Under the pieces are notes generated by a model that worked only from the letters and a program-made list of their open reading frames with translations, was not told the origin of the DNA and did not search any database. The position numbers and the translations under genes are program-made. From assembly GCA_011049545.1 (NCBI GenBank), contig DRHQ01000080.1, positions 6,679 to 70,678 of the forward strand: DNA of 64,000 nt. The letters are read 5' to 3'. The stretch's first letter is position 1; every line of letters starts with the position of its first letter. Shown piece after piece: positions 38,823 to 48,483 of the stretch. Source of the stretch: Candidatus Aminicenantes bacterium. GTDB lineage: Bacteria; Acidobacteriota; Aminicenantia; Aminicenantales; Aminicenantaceae.

Positions 38823-38876
38823 GGGCTTGATTCATCAAGCCCACCTTTTAAATTTTATAAATAACCTAATCTTATA
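38820..38876 (+). repeat. Family C hairpin repeat, 57-nt unit, copy 1 (contains the lpxD stop codon)
   Basis: TAGGGGCTTGATTCATCAAGCCCACCTTTTAAATTTTATAAATAACCTAATCTTATA. It recurs at 38968 with 3 mismatches. Confidence 0.9.
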
Positions 38877-38967
38877 AATAAATTGTTGGGGCTCGATTCA
38901 CCAAACCCACCTTTTCAATTATATGCATTGATTTGATCTATCTTTATATGGGAATGATTTTTCTTAT

Positions 38968-39024
38968 GTAGGAGCTTGATTTATCAAGCCCACCTTTTAA
39001 ATTTTATAAATAACCTGATCTTAT
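38968..39024 (+). repeat. Family C hairpin repeat, 57-nt unit, copy 2
   Basis: TAGGAGCTTGATTTATCAAGCCCACCTTTTAAATTTTATAAATAACCTGATCTTATA. A degenerate third core lies at 38888..38911. Confidence 0.9.
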
Positions 39025-39031
39025 ATAGAAA

Positions 39032-39127
39032 AGGGGACAGGCTACTTTTTCTTATTAAAGGGCCCAAATTATTGAAGCTAAAAGCATAGAAGAGGAATTG
39101 TTCTCTGTTAAAAAAGTAGCCTGTCTC
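39032..39127. mobile_element. MITE-like inverted-repeat element, family A
   Basis: Arms are GGGGACAGGCTACTTTTT (39032) and AAAAAAGTAGCCTGTCTCC (39109..39127), enclosing about 59 nt. Confidence 0.6.
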
Positions 39128-39316
39128 CTTTTTTTCTTCCTCTTCAGCTATATTGGGCTGACTTTATTACAGCATTTTATTTAATATGGGTTGACTTTGA
39201 TACATAACATTAAACCTTAACCCGTCCTGCATACAGGCAAAGGCAAGCTCGTAACCACATCCTTTTCATTTTATTTAAAAAAAATATATCTCACCTAAAA
39301 AACATATATTTTTTAC

Positions 39317-39345
39317 TTGACATTAGAAGTTGATGGCCATATATT
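39317..39345 (+). promoter_or_regulatory. Sigma70-type promoter for the phd-vapC pair
   Basis: TTGACA (39317), 17 nt spacer, TATATT (39340). The palindrome GTCAT-tataa-ATGAC (39348..39362) lies between the -10 and the RBS and is a candidate operator. Confidence 0.5.
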
Positions 39346-39377
39346 TAGTCATTATAAATGACCATTAAGGAGGTCAT

Positions 39378-39644
39378 ATGAAAGAGACAACTGTTAGCAT
39401 TGCAGAGGGAAAAAAAGGCTTTAGCCGCCTGGTAGAAGACGCCCATAAAAATAAAGAAGATGCAATTGTAACCAAAAGAGGAAAGCCTGTTGCAGTGATT
39501 ATTCCTTACGATGAATATAAACGCTCTAAGAGAGTAGAGGGACATAGAAAGATCATGGAAGCGAGAGCGGCATTCTTAAAGGCAGGTATTGGAGCAGAAG
39601 AGGTTTTTAAGGAATCCAAGAAACAATTAGAGAAGAGACGTTGA
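39378..39644 (+). CDS. Phd/YefM-family antitoxin
   Basis: AIVTKRGKPVAVIIPYDEYKR. Stop overlaps the toxin start (TTGA). Confidence 0.85.
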   Translation: MKETTVSIAEGKKGFSRLVEDAHKNKEDAIVTKRGKPVAVIIPYDEYKRSKRVEGHRKIMEARAAFLKAGIGAEEVFKESKKQLEKRR

Positions 39645-40081
39645 AACGGATAGTCATAGATGCAAGTGTAGTCCTAAAATGGTATCTAGCCGATGAAGGG
39701 TATAGCCAAAAAGCTTTGAGCATATTGGATAAATATGTATCAAGTGAGATAGATATCCTGGCTCCCTCGCTATTAGAATATGAGGTGACTAACGGATTAA
39801 TAATCGCCAAAAAAAGAGGAAGAATTCAAGAGAAAAAAATTATCACAGCTATAGATGGATTTATGAGTTTAGAAATAAAGCTGACAAATCTTTCTCTCTA
39901 TTATTCCAAGGTAATACACTATTGTAAAATTTATAATCGATCCGCTTATGATGCCAGTTACCTTGCTTTGGCTGATGATGAGGGTATTTCTTTGGTCACA
40001 GCAGATAAAGGACTGTATAACATGGTCAAAAAAAATCTGAAGTGGGTAGAGTGGCTGGGAGATTTCAGTTTATCAACTTAG
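39641..40081 (+). CDS. vapC: PIN-domain (VapC-type) toxin
   Basis: IVIDASVVLKWYLADE with acidic residues spaced as in PIN domains. TTG start. Confidence 0.85.
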   Translation: MKRIVIDASVVLKWYLADEGYSQKALSILDKYVSSEIDILAPSLLEYEVTNGLIIAKKRGRIQEKKIITAIDGFMSLEIKLTNLSLYYSKVIHYCKIYNRSAYDASYLALADDEGISLVTADKGLYNMVKKNLKWVEWLGDFSLST

Positions 40082-40474
40082 ATTATTTACCGCGATGAGC
40101 TTTATATCTTTTATGATTTCAAAATGAGCAACATTCCTGGTTAAAAGAGGTAGAGAGTTGGCAATACAAATCCCTGCAATAAGAATGTCCTGATTGCCAA
40201 TTAGTTTTCCTTTAGCTTTCAATTGCGTAAAGATTTTCCCTGCGATTGCTGCTTCGATCGTATTCAAAGGATATATATAGACGTTTTTAACAAAATTCTC
40301 GATTTGTTCAAGCCTTTTTTTCCCTGAAATACCAGCATAAAGTTCAAAGACAGATATAGAAGTGATCGCCAATTTATCTTTTTCAATTATTTTATAGACA
40401 GCTTGGGCAAACGGATGTACATCAGTAAAGAAATCTATGATGACATCTGTATCTGCAACAATTAAATCTTCCAA
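40073..40474 (-). CDS. vapC: PIN-domain (VapC-type) toxin
   Basis: LIVADTDVIIDFF...SVFELYAG...LTRNVAHF. Confidence 0.85.
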   Translation of the reverse strand: MEDLIVADTDVIIDFFTDVHPFAQAVYKIIEKDKLAITSISVFELYAGISGKKRLEQIENFVKNVYIYPLNTIEAAIAGKIFTQLKAKGKLIGNQDILIAGICIANSLPLLTRNVAHFEIIKDIKLIAVNNLS

Positions 40475-40704
40475 TTTCTTCTAATCTCCTCTAATCTTTT
40501 TTTTGTTTTTTCCGCTTCTTTCTTATTCCAACTCCCCTTCATTTTCAAAATATTTCCTCTGTTCAGCTCTCTCTTTTCATTTTCTTTAAGGTAAAAATCC
40601 ACCGCTTCTTCAATGAGTTTCGAATATCCCCGATACCCTTTCTTAACTGCAAAAGAACGAAGTATGCTGATTAAATCATCCGATAATTCTATAGTTGTTC
40701 TCAT
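40462..40704 (-). CDS. vapB: VapB-type antitoxin
   Basis: MRTTIELSDDLISILRSFAVKKG. The internal ATG at 40704 with a GGAG RBS is preferred over the listed 40767. Confidence 0.75.
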   Translation of the reverse strand: MRTTIELSDDLISILRSFAVKKGYRGYSKLIEEAVDFYLKENEKRELNRGNILKMKGSWNKKEAEKTKKRLEEIRRNWKI

Positions 40705-40800
40705 TTTTCTAATCTCCACATAATCATTTTTAATATGCATTATAATATTTAAATGCATTTTTGTCAAATATAAAAATATTTATGCTCTGTACAGGATGGA

Positions 40801-40818
40801 AAAAAGTAGCCTGTCCCC
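40801..40818. repeat. Family A repeat, solo arm (AAAAAGTAGCCTGTCCCC)
   Basis: Lies 3 nt from the trxB stop codon. It is inverted relative to the 39032 arm. Confidence 0.85.
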
Positions 40819-40821
40819 TTT

Positions 40822-41739
40822 TTATTTGCTCAGATATTCGTTCACGGCCAGGGCAGCCCGTACACCTGTTCCTACCGCTGTTGCCATCTGTTCGGGGCAG
40901 GCATCGGTAACATCTCCCGCAGCAAATATTCCGGGCTGAGACGTGGACATATTCTGACTGACCTTGATTTCCCCCCATTCATCTAAATCCACAAGCTCTT
41001 TCACAAACTCGCTATTAGCATCCATTCCGATAGAGATAAAAACCCCATCAAGCTTTAGCTTGGAAGTCTTATTATCTTTGACATTTTTAATGGTTATGGA
41101 TTCAAATCTGTCCTCTCCTGAAATCTCCTCGACGACTGAATCCCACAGAACTTCAATCTTGTCATTATCGAAAATCCTTTCCTGGAGTATCTTCTCGGCA
41201 CGAAATTGATCCCGGCGGTGGATGACCGTCACTGCGCGGCAAAACTTCGTCAAGAAGAGCGCTTCGGTAAGAGCATTATCCCCTCCACCGACAACTGCTA
41301 CCTCTTTATCCTTGAAGAAAGTTCCGTCACAGGTTGCACAGTAGGATACTCCTCTTCCTGTTAGCTTCGCCTCGCCGGGGAGTCCCAACTTGCGGTAGAC
41401 CGAACCTGTAGTAATAATAATAGCTCGGGTGGGATATTCATCCTTTACCCCAAAAACTTGCCAGAGTTCACCCTTTTTTTGAATTTTTGTGGCTTCATCC
41501 GTTTCTATTTTTGCACCAAATTTCTCGGCTTGCTTGCGAAAATCTTCCATCAACTGAAAAGGAACGACTCCCTCCGGAAAGCCAGGGTAATTCTCGACAA
41601 AATCGGTGAGGAGGATTTGCCCCCCGGGCATACCCTTTTCAAGAATGAGGGTGTTGAGTCTAGCCCGGCCCGTGTAAACAGCAGCGGCAAGGCCTGCCGG
41701 ACCGGCTCCTATGATGACAACATCTAAAGTTTCCCTCAT
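40822..41739 (-). CDS. trxB: Thioredoxin-disulfide reductase
   Basis: VVIIGAGPAGLAAAVY and CATCDG. Confidence 0.9.
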   Translation of the reverse strand: MRETLDVVIIGAGPAGLAAAVYTGRARLNTLILEKGMPGGQILLTDFVENYPGFPEGVVPFQLMEDFRKQAEKFGAKIETDEATKIQKKGELWQVFGVKDEYPTRAIIITTGSVYRKLGLPGEAKLTGRGVSYCATCDGTFFKDKEVAVVGGGDNALTEALFLTKFCRAVTVIHRRDQFRAEKILQERIFDNDKIEVLWDSVVEEISGEDRFESITIKNVKDNKTSKLKLDGVFISIGMDANSEFVKELVDLDEWGEIKVSQNMSTSQPGIFAAGDVTDACPEQMATAVGTGVRAALAVNEYLSK

Positions 41740-42062
41740 ATGTGTTTAGATATGACATCTATAATCTTATTCTGGGGAAGCGCGCCAACTATCGTCTCTT
41801 TTAATTCCCCTCCCTTGAAAAGAAGGAGCGTGGGAATGCTTCTTATGCCAAACTTAGCAGAGATTTTCATATTCTCATCAATATTCATTTTGAAGACTTT
41901 CAACTTTTCTTTGTAATTTTGAGCTAAATGCTCGAGGGTAGGAACAAGCATTTTACAAGGGGCGCACCAAACGGCCCAAAAATCCACGAGTACCGGAAGT
42001 TCACTTTTAAGCACTTCCTCTTCAAAAGTATCATCGGAAATGTCTAAGATGTCTTCTGCCAA
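41736..42062 (-). CDS. trxA: Thioredoxin
   Basis: WAVWCAPCK. Confidence 0.9.
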   Translation of the reverse strand: MAEDILDISDDTFEEEVLKSELPVLVDFWAVWCAPCKMLVPTLEHLAQNYKEKLKVFKMNIDENMKISAKFGIRSIPTLLLFKGGELKETIVGALPQNKIIDVISKHI

Positions 42063-42063
42063 C

Positions 42064-43533
42064 TTAACCTCCTCTCTTTATCTCCAGAGCATTCTGGTAA
42101 AGTCTTGCATACTTTCTGGCCGCAGTGTCCCAGGAAAAATTCTCACGAAGACCTGCTTCCATGATCTTCTGCCAGTGATCAGGTTTTTTATAACAGCTTA
42201 AAGCCTTCTTTATGACAGTGAGCAAAGCCTTCGGTGAATATTCTTTAAAGACAAAACCATTTCCCCTCAAAGTTTTGAGGCTGAAAGGTTTTACGGTTTC
42301 TCCTAAACCTCCGGTTGCCCTCACAACAGGTACAGTACCATACCTGAAGCTGCATAACTGATTCAAACCACATGGTTCGTAAAGGGAAGGGATGAGGAAA
42401 ATATCCGCACCAGCAACAACTTTATGGGCCAAACCAGGATTCATCTCAAATTCTAATGCTATTTTCTTCGGATACTTTTTTTGCATGTTTAAAAATTTAT
42501 TCTCGTATTCTTCATGTCCTTTTCCGAGAATGACAAGTCCCACATCCATTTCCATAAGCTTATCCACAATCTCCAGCAATATATCAAAGCCCTTTTGTGA
42601 ACTCATGTAAGAGACCATGCCTATTAAGGGAGTCTTGGCCGATAGGGAAAGACCAAACTCTTTGATCAGGTCAAGTTTGCATTTTTTCTTGGGTTTAAGG
42701 TCAGAGAGAGAGTAATTGGCGACAATATATGGATCCGTTTCCGGGTTCCACATTTCATAATCTAAACCATTACGGATGCTAAAAAAGACATCTCTCCGGT
42801 TATTCAATATTTTATGCAGACCAAAACCGTGTTTCTCTGTCTGGATTTCTCTTTTGTAAGCCGAGCTAACCGTGTTGAGCACATCTGAGAAAATCACTCC
42901 CGCTTTAAGAAAGTTGAACCTTCCGTTAAAGGCCAACTGCTTGGGATTAAAATAATTCCAGTTCAAGCCCGTTAAAGCGAGAGTTTCAGGAGGGAACTCC
43001 CCTTGATAGGCAACATTATGGAGAGTAAAAACCGTAGCGATATTTTTGAACTGCCTTTTCTTTGAATAATGCGTTCGCAGGAAAACCGGAATAAGAGCTG
43101 TGGGCCAGTTGTTGCAGTGGATAATATCGACCTGCATTTTCGCCTTGAGCAAAAACTCAAGCACTCCACGATTGAAGAAAATAAACCTTTCATCGTTATC
43201 CAGATATTCTCCTTTGCCTGTACCATAGATGTAGTCTCTCCAGAAATATTTGGGATTATCAATAAAGTAAATATCGTGCTTCCCCAGCTCACCCTTATAA
43301 ACAGAGGCCTTGACCTTTTCTCCTCCAACAGGAACCAAAAGGTCTCTCATAACCAGTTCCTTGGGAAAGGATTCAATCTCAGGATTTCTATACTTGGGCA
43401 TGAAGATGGAAATCTTTATCCCCAAAGAAGAGAGATACTTGGGCAAAGAGGCAGCTACATCAGCCAGTTCGCCTGACTTAGCAAGGGGGGAGAATTCAGG
43501 CGTAACATAAATCACTCTGGGCTTATGGTTCAT
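42064..43533 (-). CDS. glgA: Glycogen (starch) synthase
   Basis: VTPEFSPLAKSGELADVAASLPKYL and a GT5 layout. Confidence 0.9.
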   Translation of the reverse strand: MNHKPRVIYVTPEFSPLAKSGELADVAASLPKYLSSLGIKISIFMPKYRNPEIESFPKELVMRDLLVPVGGEKVKASVYKGELGKHDIYFIDNPKYFWRDYIYGTGKGEYLDNDERFIFFNRGVLEFLLKAKMQVDIIHCNNWPTALIPVFLRTHYSKKRQFKNIATVFTLHNVAYQGEFPPETLALTGLNWNYFNPKQLAFNGRFNFLKAGVIFSDVLNTVSSAYKREIQTEKHGFGLHKILNNRRDVFFSIRNGLDYEMWNPETDPYIVANYSLSDLKPKKKCKLDLIKEFGLSLSAKTPLIGMVSYMSSQKGFDILLEIVDKLMEMDVGLVILGKGHEEYENKFLNMQKKYPKKIALEFEMNPGLAHKVVAGADIFLIPSLYEPCGLNQLCSFRYGTVPVVRATGGLGETVKPFSLKTLRGNGFVFKEYSPKALLTVIKKALSCYKKPDHWQKIMEAGLRENFSWDTAARKYARLYQNALEIKRGG

Positions 43534-43579
43534 GCAAAATAATACTAATTCTCTACTCCCAAAATGTCAAATAGTCAAT

Positions 43580-43711
43580 GGGGTCAGACTTGCGAAACTT
43601 GCATAACTTATCCAACATGGTCAGGCTTTGGTCAATTTAATAGTTTTTTCAGCACTTAGCGTATGACCTCTTTTTCACATCAAGTTATGCAAGTTTCGCA
43701 AGCCTGACCCC
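43580..43711. mobile_element. MITE-like element, family D, ~30-nt terminal inverted repeats
   Basis: GGGGTCAGACTTGCGAAACTTGCATAACTT ... AAGTTATGCAAGTTTCGCAAGCCTGACCCC. It ends 2 nt from the nadK stop. Confidence 0.7.
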
Positions 43712-43713
43712 GT

Positions 43714-44565
43714 TTATCTTTCCGCCCAGCCTAACTTCTCCTGCAAAAGATCGAAGTAGTTCCTTTTAGGAGAAGAAATCAGGCGGAGTTCAAAATCGCT
43801 GCGCTTGATTTCTACCTCATCATTCTTTACCAGCGGATTTCCACGCTGTCCATCAAGGGTTAGGTAGACTTCTTCTCCTTCAGTAAGGAGGCGAATTTTT
43901 ATCATGGATGAATCGGAAATGACCATAGGCCGGAAAGATAAGGTGTGAGGGCAGATAGGAGCAATGATAATGGCTGGAATATAGGGCTGGATGATTGGAC
44001 CTCCAGCAGCCAGAGAATAGGCTGTAGATCCTGTGGGAGTAGCAATAATAAGGCCATCAGATCTAAAAGTTGTAACTTCTTTCTCATTAATCCAGATCTT
44101 GCACTGAATCATCCGGGCTAATGCTCCCTTGTTTATGACTACATCATTCAGACAATAATAGACATTATCTTTAGTTTTGATCTCAAGCATTCGCCTGAGG
44201 CTCACAATCTTCTCATCTCCCCCTAAAAAAGTATCCAGGGTCAAGTACATCTCATCAAGGGGTGTTTCTGTTAAAAAGCCTAGATCCCCCATATTGACCC
44301 CCAAAACTGGAACATCCCTCTGGGCTGCCAAATGGGCAATGCTGAGCAGAGTGCCATCTCCTCCCAGGACAACCACTAATTCAACTTTCCCTGGGAGCTT
44401 CTCCCTCGGTATTCCCTCTCCTCTTTTAAGTTTTTGCGCGGCCGCTTCCTCCAAGAGACACTCTATTCCTTTCTTTTCAAAGTAATGGAGGAGCTCCGCC
44501 AAAATTTTTTCAATACGAGGAGCATGAGGCTTTATAACAAGACCTACTCGCTTAATTTTTTTCAT
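43714..44565 (-). CDS. nadK: NAD+ kinase
   Basis: VVVLGGDGTLL and NDVVINKG. Confidence 0.9.
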   Translation of the reverse strand: MKKIKRVGLVIKPHAPRIEKILAELLHYFEKKGIECLLEEAAAQKLKRGEGIPREKLPGKVELVVVLGGDGTLLSIAHLAAQRDVPVLGVNMGDLGFLTETPLDEMYLTLDTFLGGDEKIVSLRRMLEIKTKDNVYYCLNDVVINKGALARMIQCKIWINEKEVTTFRSDGLIIATPTGSTAYSLAAGGPIIQPYIPAIIIAPICPHTLSFRPMVISDSSMIKIRLLTEGEEVYLTLDGQRGNPLVKNDEVEIKRSDFELRLISSPKRNYFDLLQEKLGWAER

Positions 44566-45343
44566 TCCAGACCGCCTCCTTGATCAATCTCTGAACTTCG
44601 CCCTGGCCTAAAGAATCCTCCTCTAAAGACCAGAAGGTGAAAAACTCTCGATTTCCTTTCTGGCCTCGGTGAGAGGATTTGATTAAACCTCTCAGGGCGA
44701 ATCCCATTTTATGCGCTTCTTCGATGATCCTGTCTAAGACTTCTTCATGCAAAGCCGGGTTCCTGACTACTCCTTTCTTCCCCACTTGACCTTTTTCTAC
44801 CTCAAATTGAGGCTTGATAAGAGAAAGGAGCCTGCCGCCGCCCAGGAATTCTTTCACAGCAGGTAAGACTTTAAGCACAGAAATAAACGATAGATCTGTG
44901 GTGACGATATCCAGGGAATCTCCGAAATCATCTTTTTTTAAATAGCGTGCATTTTTCTGTATACAAATAACCCTCGGATCTTCTCTTAAGTGCCAGTCTA
45001 TCTGGCGTATATCCACATCCACGGCATAAATCCTTTTTGCCCCTTTCTGGAGTAGGCAATCAATAAAGCCTCCTGTAGAGGCTCCCAAATCTGCTGTAAC
45101 CTTCCCTTGGACGGGTATTTGAAATGCCTCCAGTGCTTCTTTAAGTTTTAGCCCCCCGCGGCTTACATAGGGCATTTTCTCTTTAAGCGAAATTTCCTGG
45201 TCTGCGCTTATCATCTGACCCGGTTTTTCGATTCTCTGCCCTTCTGAAAAAACTAATCCTGCCATGATCAAAGCCTGAGCCTTCTGGGCACTTTCAGCCA
45301 AACCGCAGCCTGCAACAATCTTATCTGCTCTTTCCTTTTTCAT
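44552..45343 (-). CDS. tlyA: TlyA-family rRNA 2'-O-methyltransferase (S4 + FtsJ-like)
   Basis: MKKERADKIV...AQALIMAGLV (S4) and DLGASTGGF. ATG 45343 is preferred over the listed TTG 45364. Confidence 0.85.
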   Translation of the reverse strand: MKKERADKIVAGCGLAESAQKAQALIMAGLVFSEGQRIEKPGQMISADQEISLKEKMPYVSRGGLKLKEALEAFQIPVQGKVTADLGASTGGFIDCLLQKGAKRIYAVDVDIRQIDWHLREDPRVICIQKNARYLKKDDFGDSLDIVTTDLSFISVLKVLPAVKEFLGGGRLLSLIKPQFEVEKGQVGKKGVVRNPALHEEVLDRIIEEAHKMGFALRGLIKSSHRGQKGNREFFTFWSLEEDSLGQGEVQRLIKEAVWNEKN

Positions 45344-45436
45344 CAAGAAAAAACCTTTCCTCAAAAGAGGATAGTTTCCCTATCTTGCTCTTGAGGATTT
45401 TAAAGTTGAAAGGGGTACCTTCCCCATTTTTTTAAC

Positions 45437-45485
45437 CATTTTTATAAAAAACAAGCGGTGGGCTTGATAAATCAAGCCCCTACAA
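45437..45485. repeat. Family C repeat, 49-nt unit
   Basis: CATTTTTATAAAAAACAAGCGGTGGGCTTGATAAATCAAGCCCCTACAA. It recurs at 45556..45604 with 2 mismatches. Confidence 0.9.
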
Positions 45486-45555
45486 TAAAAACCTCTCCCT
45501 TTTGAGTAAAATAACAATACACTGGTAAAATAGGAACAATCTTCATTTTAATAGT

Positions 45556-45604
45556 CATTTTTATAAGAAACAAGCGGTGGGCTTGATGAATCAAGCCCCT
45601 ACAA
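45556..45604. repeat. Family C repeat, 49-nt unit, second copy
   Basis: CATTTTTATAAGAAACAAGCGGTGGGCTTGATGAATCAAGCCCCTACAA. Confidence 0.9.
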
Positions 45605-45662
45605 AGAATCAGGTCCTTCCAATATATCAAATCCTTACAAAAAATTAGGCCTCTACAATAAA

Positions 45663-47543
45663 TCAAGCTCCTGCATAAAATTCTTTTATTTGTTTGAAGA
45701 GGCCTTCCTCATCCAGAAGGTATTTCTTTTTTACCTGTTCAACCTTGCCCAGTGGGTAAATCTCCAGAGGGAGCCCTATGATCTTGAATCTGATATCGAA
45801 CCTCTTTTCCCTGTCTAGGAACTCTCTAACAGCACTTCCAAACCCGCCGGCTGTAACACCTTCCTCTGCGGTAATAATCACTCTTCCCTTTTTAGCGAAA
45901 CGAAGGATCGCCTCCTCATCAAGAGGCTTAGCGAACCTGGCATTCACAACAGCCAGGCTTATCCCTTCCTGCTCCAGCCTCCGAGCTGCCTCCAGAGCGG
46001 GGTAAACCATGCTTCCATAGGCTATTAGTAAATCCTCCCCGTCCTTAAGGACCTCACTCTTGCCAAGGGGAATCTCTTTGAAATCTTCATCTAATGGAAC
46101 ACCCAGCCCTTTTCCTTTGGGAAAACGGACAGCCGCAGGATGAGAATAAGAAAGAGCGGATTTTATCATGTGCTGCAATTCATTCTCGTCCTTGGGCGCC
46201 ATGACGATCATGTTGGGTAAATGTCTCAAGTAGATGATATCATTAATACCCTGGTGGGTGGGACCATCATCGGGCACAATACCTGCTCTATCAAGGACAA
46301 ACAAGATAGGGATATCCATCAAACAAACATCATGGTAAAGCTGGTCATAAGCTCTTTGAAGGAAAGTGGAGTAGATAGCTACCACCGGCTTCAAGCCGCT
46401 GAGGGCTAAACCCGAGGCAAAATCAACAGCATGCTGCTCGGCAATACCGACGTCAAAAAATCGCTCAGGAAAACGATCGGCAAAAGGCCTTAAGCCTGTT
46501 CCATCGGGCATAGCAGCCGTAATAGCCACAACTTTCTCATCTTCATTGGCTATTTTCACCGCAGTCTGTCCAAAAACAGAAGAAAAGCTTGGTCTCTTAT
46601 CCTTGTTTAAAGTTTCTCCTGTCTGGATATCAAAAGGGCTTGCACTGTGGAAGCCTTCCGGATTGGATATCGCTGGAGAATACCCTTTTCCTTTCTGAGT
46701 GACACAATGAATGAGCACAGGCCCGTCATAATCTTTAGCATTTTTAAAAACTTCAATTAAAGATCTAAGGTTGTGCCCCTGGACTGGACCGATGTACCTC
46801 ACTCCCAGTTCTTCAAAAACCAAGCCAGGGAAAACCAACTTTTTGATTGCTTCTTCCACTGTCCCGGCTACCTTAATCATGGGCTTACCCACAGCAGGGA
46901 TAATTCCCAGGATAGATTTCGCAAGGTCTTTTATTTTCAGGTAATGCTGCCCGGAAACAATGTAGGAGAGATACTTGGACATGGCTCCCACATTATGAGC
47001 AATGGACATTTCATTATAATTGAGAACGATAATTAACTTTTTTCTTAGATGCCCGATCTGGTTTAAGGCCTCCCAGGCTATACCTCCTGTAAAACTCCCA
47101 TCTCCCACAACCGCCACAACATTATGGTTTTCTTTCATTTTGTCCCGGGCAACAGACATTCCCAGTGCGGCAGAAAGGGCAGTTGAGGCATGGCCTGTAT
47201 CAAAAACATCGTATTCGCTTTCTTTCCGGGATGGAAATCCGCACAAACCCTGATACTGACGAAGAGTCCAGAACTTCTCTTTTCTTCCCGTTAAAATCTT
47301 ATGAGAATAGCATTGATGGCCCACATCCCAGATAATCTTATCTCGAGGAGTATCAAAGACATAATGGAGAGCGAGAGTTAACTCGACCACGCCCAAGTTT
47401 GATGAAAGATGCCCTCCGTGCTTGGAGACAACATCAAGAATTAGACCTCTAATCTCTTTTGCAATTTTGGAGAGATCTTTAACAGGGAGCTTTCTTAAAT
47501 CGTGCGGGCTTTCTATTCCATCAAGAATTCTGCTCATTTTCAC
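45663..47543 (-). CDS. dxs: 1-deoxy-D-xylulose-5-phosphate synthase
   Basis: GGHLSSNLGVVELTLALHYVF and GDGSFTGG. Confidence 0.9.
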   Translation of the reverse strand: MKMSRILDGIESPHDLRKLPVKDLSKIAKEIRGLILDVVSKHGGHLSSNLGVVELTLALHYVFDTPRDKIIWDVGHQCYSHKILTGRKEKFWTLRQYQGLCGFPSRKESEYDVFDTGHASTALSAALGMSVARDKMKENHNVVAVVGDGSFTGGIAWEALNQIGHLRKKLIIVLNYNEMSIAHNVGAMSKYLSYIVSGQHYLKIKDLAKSILGIIPAVGKPMIKVAGTVEEAIKKLVFPGLVFEELGVRYIGPVQGHNLRSLIEVFKNAKDYDGPVLIHCVTQKGKGYSPAISNPEGFHSASPFDIQTGETLNKDKRPSFSSVFGQTAVKIANEDEKVVAITAAMPDGTGLRPFADRFPERFFDVGIAEQHAVDFASGLALSGLKPVVAIYSTFLQRAYDQLYHDVCLMDIPILFVLDRAGIVPDDGPTHQGINDIIYLRHLPNMIVMAPKDENELQHMIKSALSYSHPAAVRFPKGKGLGVPLDEDFKEIPLGKSEVLKDGEDLLIAYGSMVYPALEAARRLEQEGISLAVVNARFAKPLDEEAILRFAKKGRVIITAEEGVTAGGFGSAVREFLDREKRFDIRFKIIGLPLEIYPLGKVEQVKKKYLLDEEGLFKQIKEFYAGA

Positions 47544-48399
47544 TCCTTTTCTCGAGTTCTAAAAGTTTTGCAGCTAGATAGTTAAGTTCCTCCGATTCTA
47601 AAGAAGCTTCATCCAGTGCGTTTTTTGCAGCCTCGACAAAGTCTTTCAGCCTGCGTTCTGAGTCTTTAAGCCCGAATAGAGAAACAGAGTTGGGTCGGGG
47701 AAGGCGGCCTTTTTGCGCATCTTTGCCTGAGTCGAGAATATCATCCCTGACTTGGAAAGCAAGGCCTACATTCCTCCCGTATTTGATAACGGCTTCAAGC
47801 TCTGAATCTCCTGCCTCACCCAGAATCGCACCTGTTTTGACTGAAGCGATAATTAACGAGCCTGTTTTTTTAAGGATGAGCTCATGATAGGTTTCTTCTG
47901 TCAAGACGTCTTGAGAAAGCGTTATGTCCATAAGCTGTCCCCCTACCATTCCTTTTACGCCTGCAAACTGGCTAATTTCCTTGATGATCTGTCCTCTTTT
48001 AATTTGGAGATCATTTCTCAGAGGAGCTTGAGCTGCGATTTCAAAAGCCATGGTCAGAAGGCTATCACCAGCCAGGAGTGCAATATCCTCGCCGTAGGCT
48101 TTATGGCAGGAAGGCTTGCCCCGGCGCAAATCATCATTGTCCAGCGAAGGCAGATCATCGTGAACAAGCGAATAATTATGGATTAACTCCAGGGCGCAGG
48201 CAAAGGGCAGGACTAAATCAGGAGAGGCTCCGAAACACTCCCCTGAAGAGAGAGTGAGTAAAGGTCTAAATCTCTTCCCTCCAGAGAAAACAGCATATCT
48301 CATGGCCTGGAAAAGGAGGGAGTTTTCCTGAGAAAGAATGTTTTCTAGCTCACGCTCTACGGCTTTCCTTTTTAATTTAAGCCTCTCTTCAACTTTCAT
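47521..48399 (-). CDS. ispA: (2E,6E)-farnesyl diphosphate synthase / polyprenyl synthetase
   Basis: LIHNYSLVHDDLPSLDNDDLRRGKP and FQVRDDILD. Confidence 0.9.
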   Translation of the reverse strand: MKVEERLKLKRKAVERELENILSQENSLLFQAMRYAVFSGGKRFRPLLTLSSGECFGASPDLVLPFACALELIHNYSLVHDDLPSLDNDDLRRGKPSCHKAYGEDIALLAGDSLLTMAFEIAAQAPLRNDLQIKRGQIIKEISQFAGVKGMVGGQLMDITLSQDVLTEETYHELILKKTGSLIIASVKTGAILGEAGDSELEAVIKYGRNVGLAFQVRDDILDSGKDAQKGRLPRPNSVSLFGLKDSERRLKDFVEAAKNALDEASLESEELNYLAAKLLELEKRSENEQNS

Positions 48400-48483
48400 T
48401 TTCCTTTAGCCCTCATCCCAAAGTTAACGATAACATATCATTCGGGCAACCGAAGGAAACGTGGCAATCACTCCTGTTCCTGT

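Noticed and set aside
38820-39127. Cluster of similar ~28-57-nt repeats with 60-80-nt spacing after lpxD looked array-like (a possible CRISPR).
   Set aside because: The repeats are imperfect. Part of the apparent spacer is itself duplicated (57-nt units). The same hairpin occurs singly all over the window, and there are no cas genes or leader. This fits REP/MITE-type repeats better.
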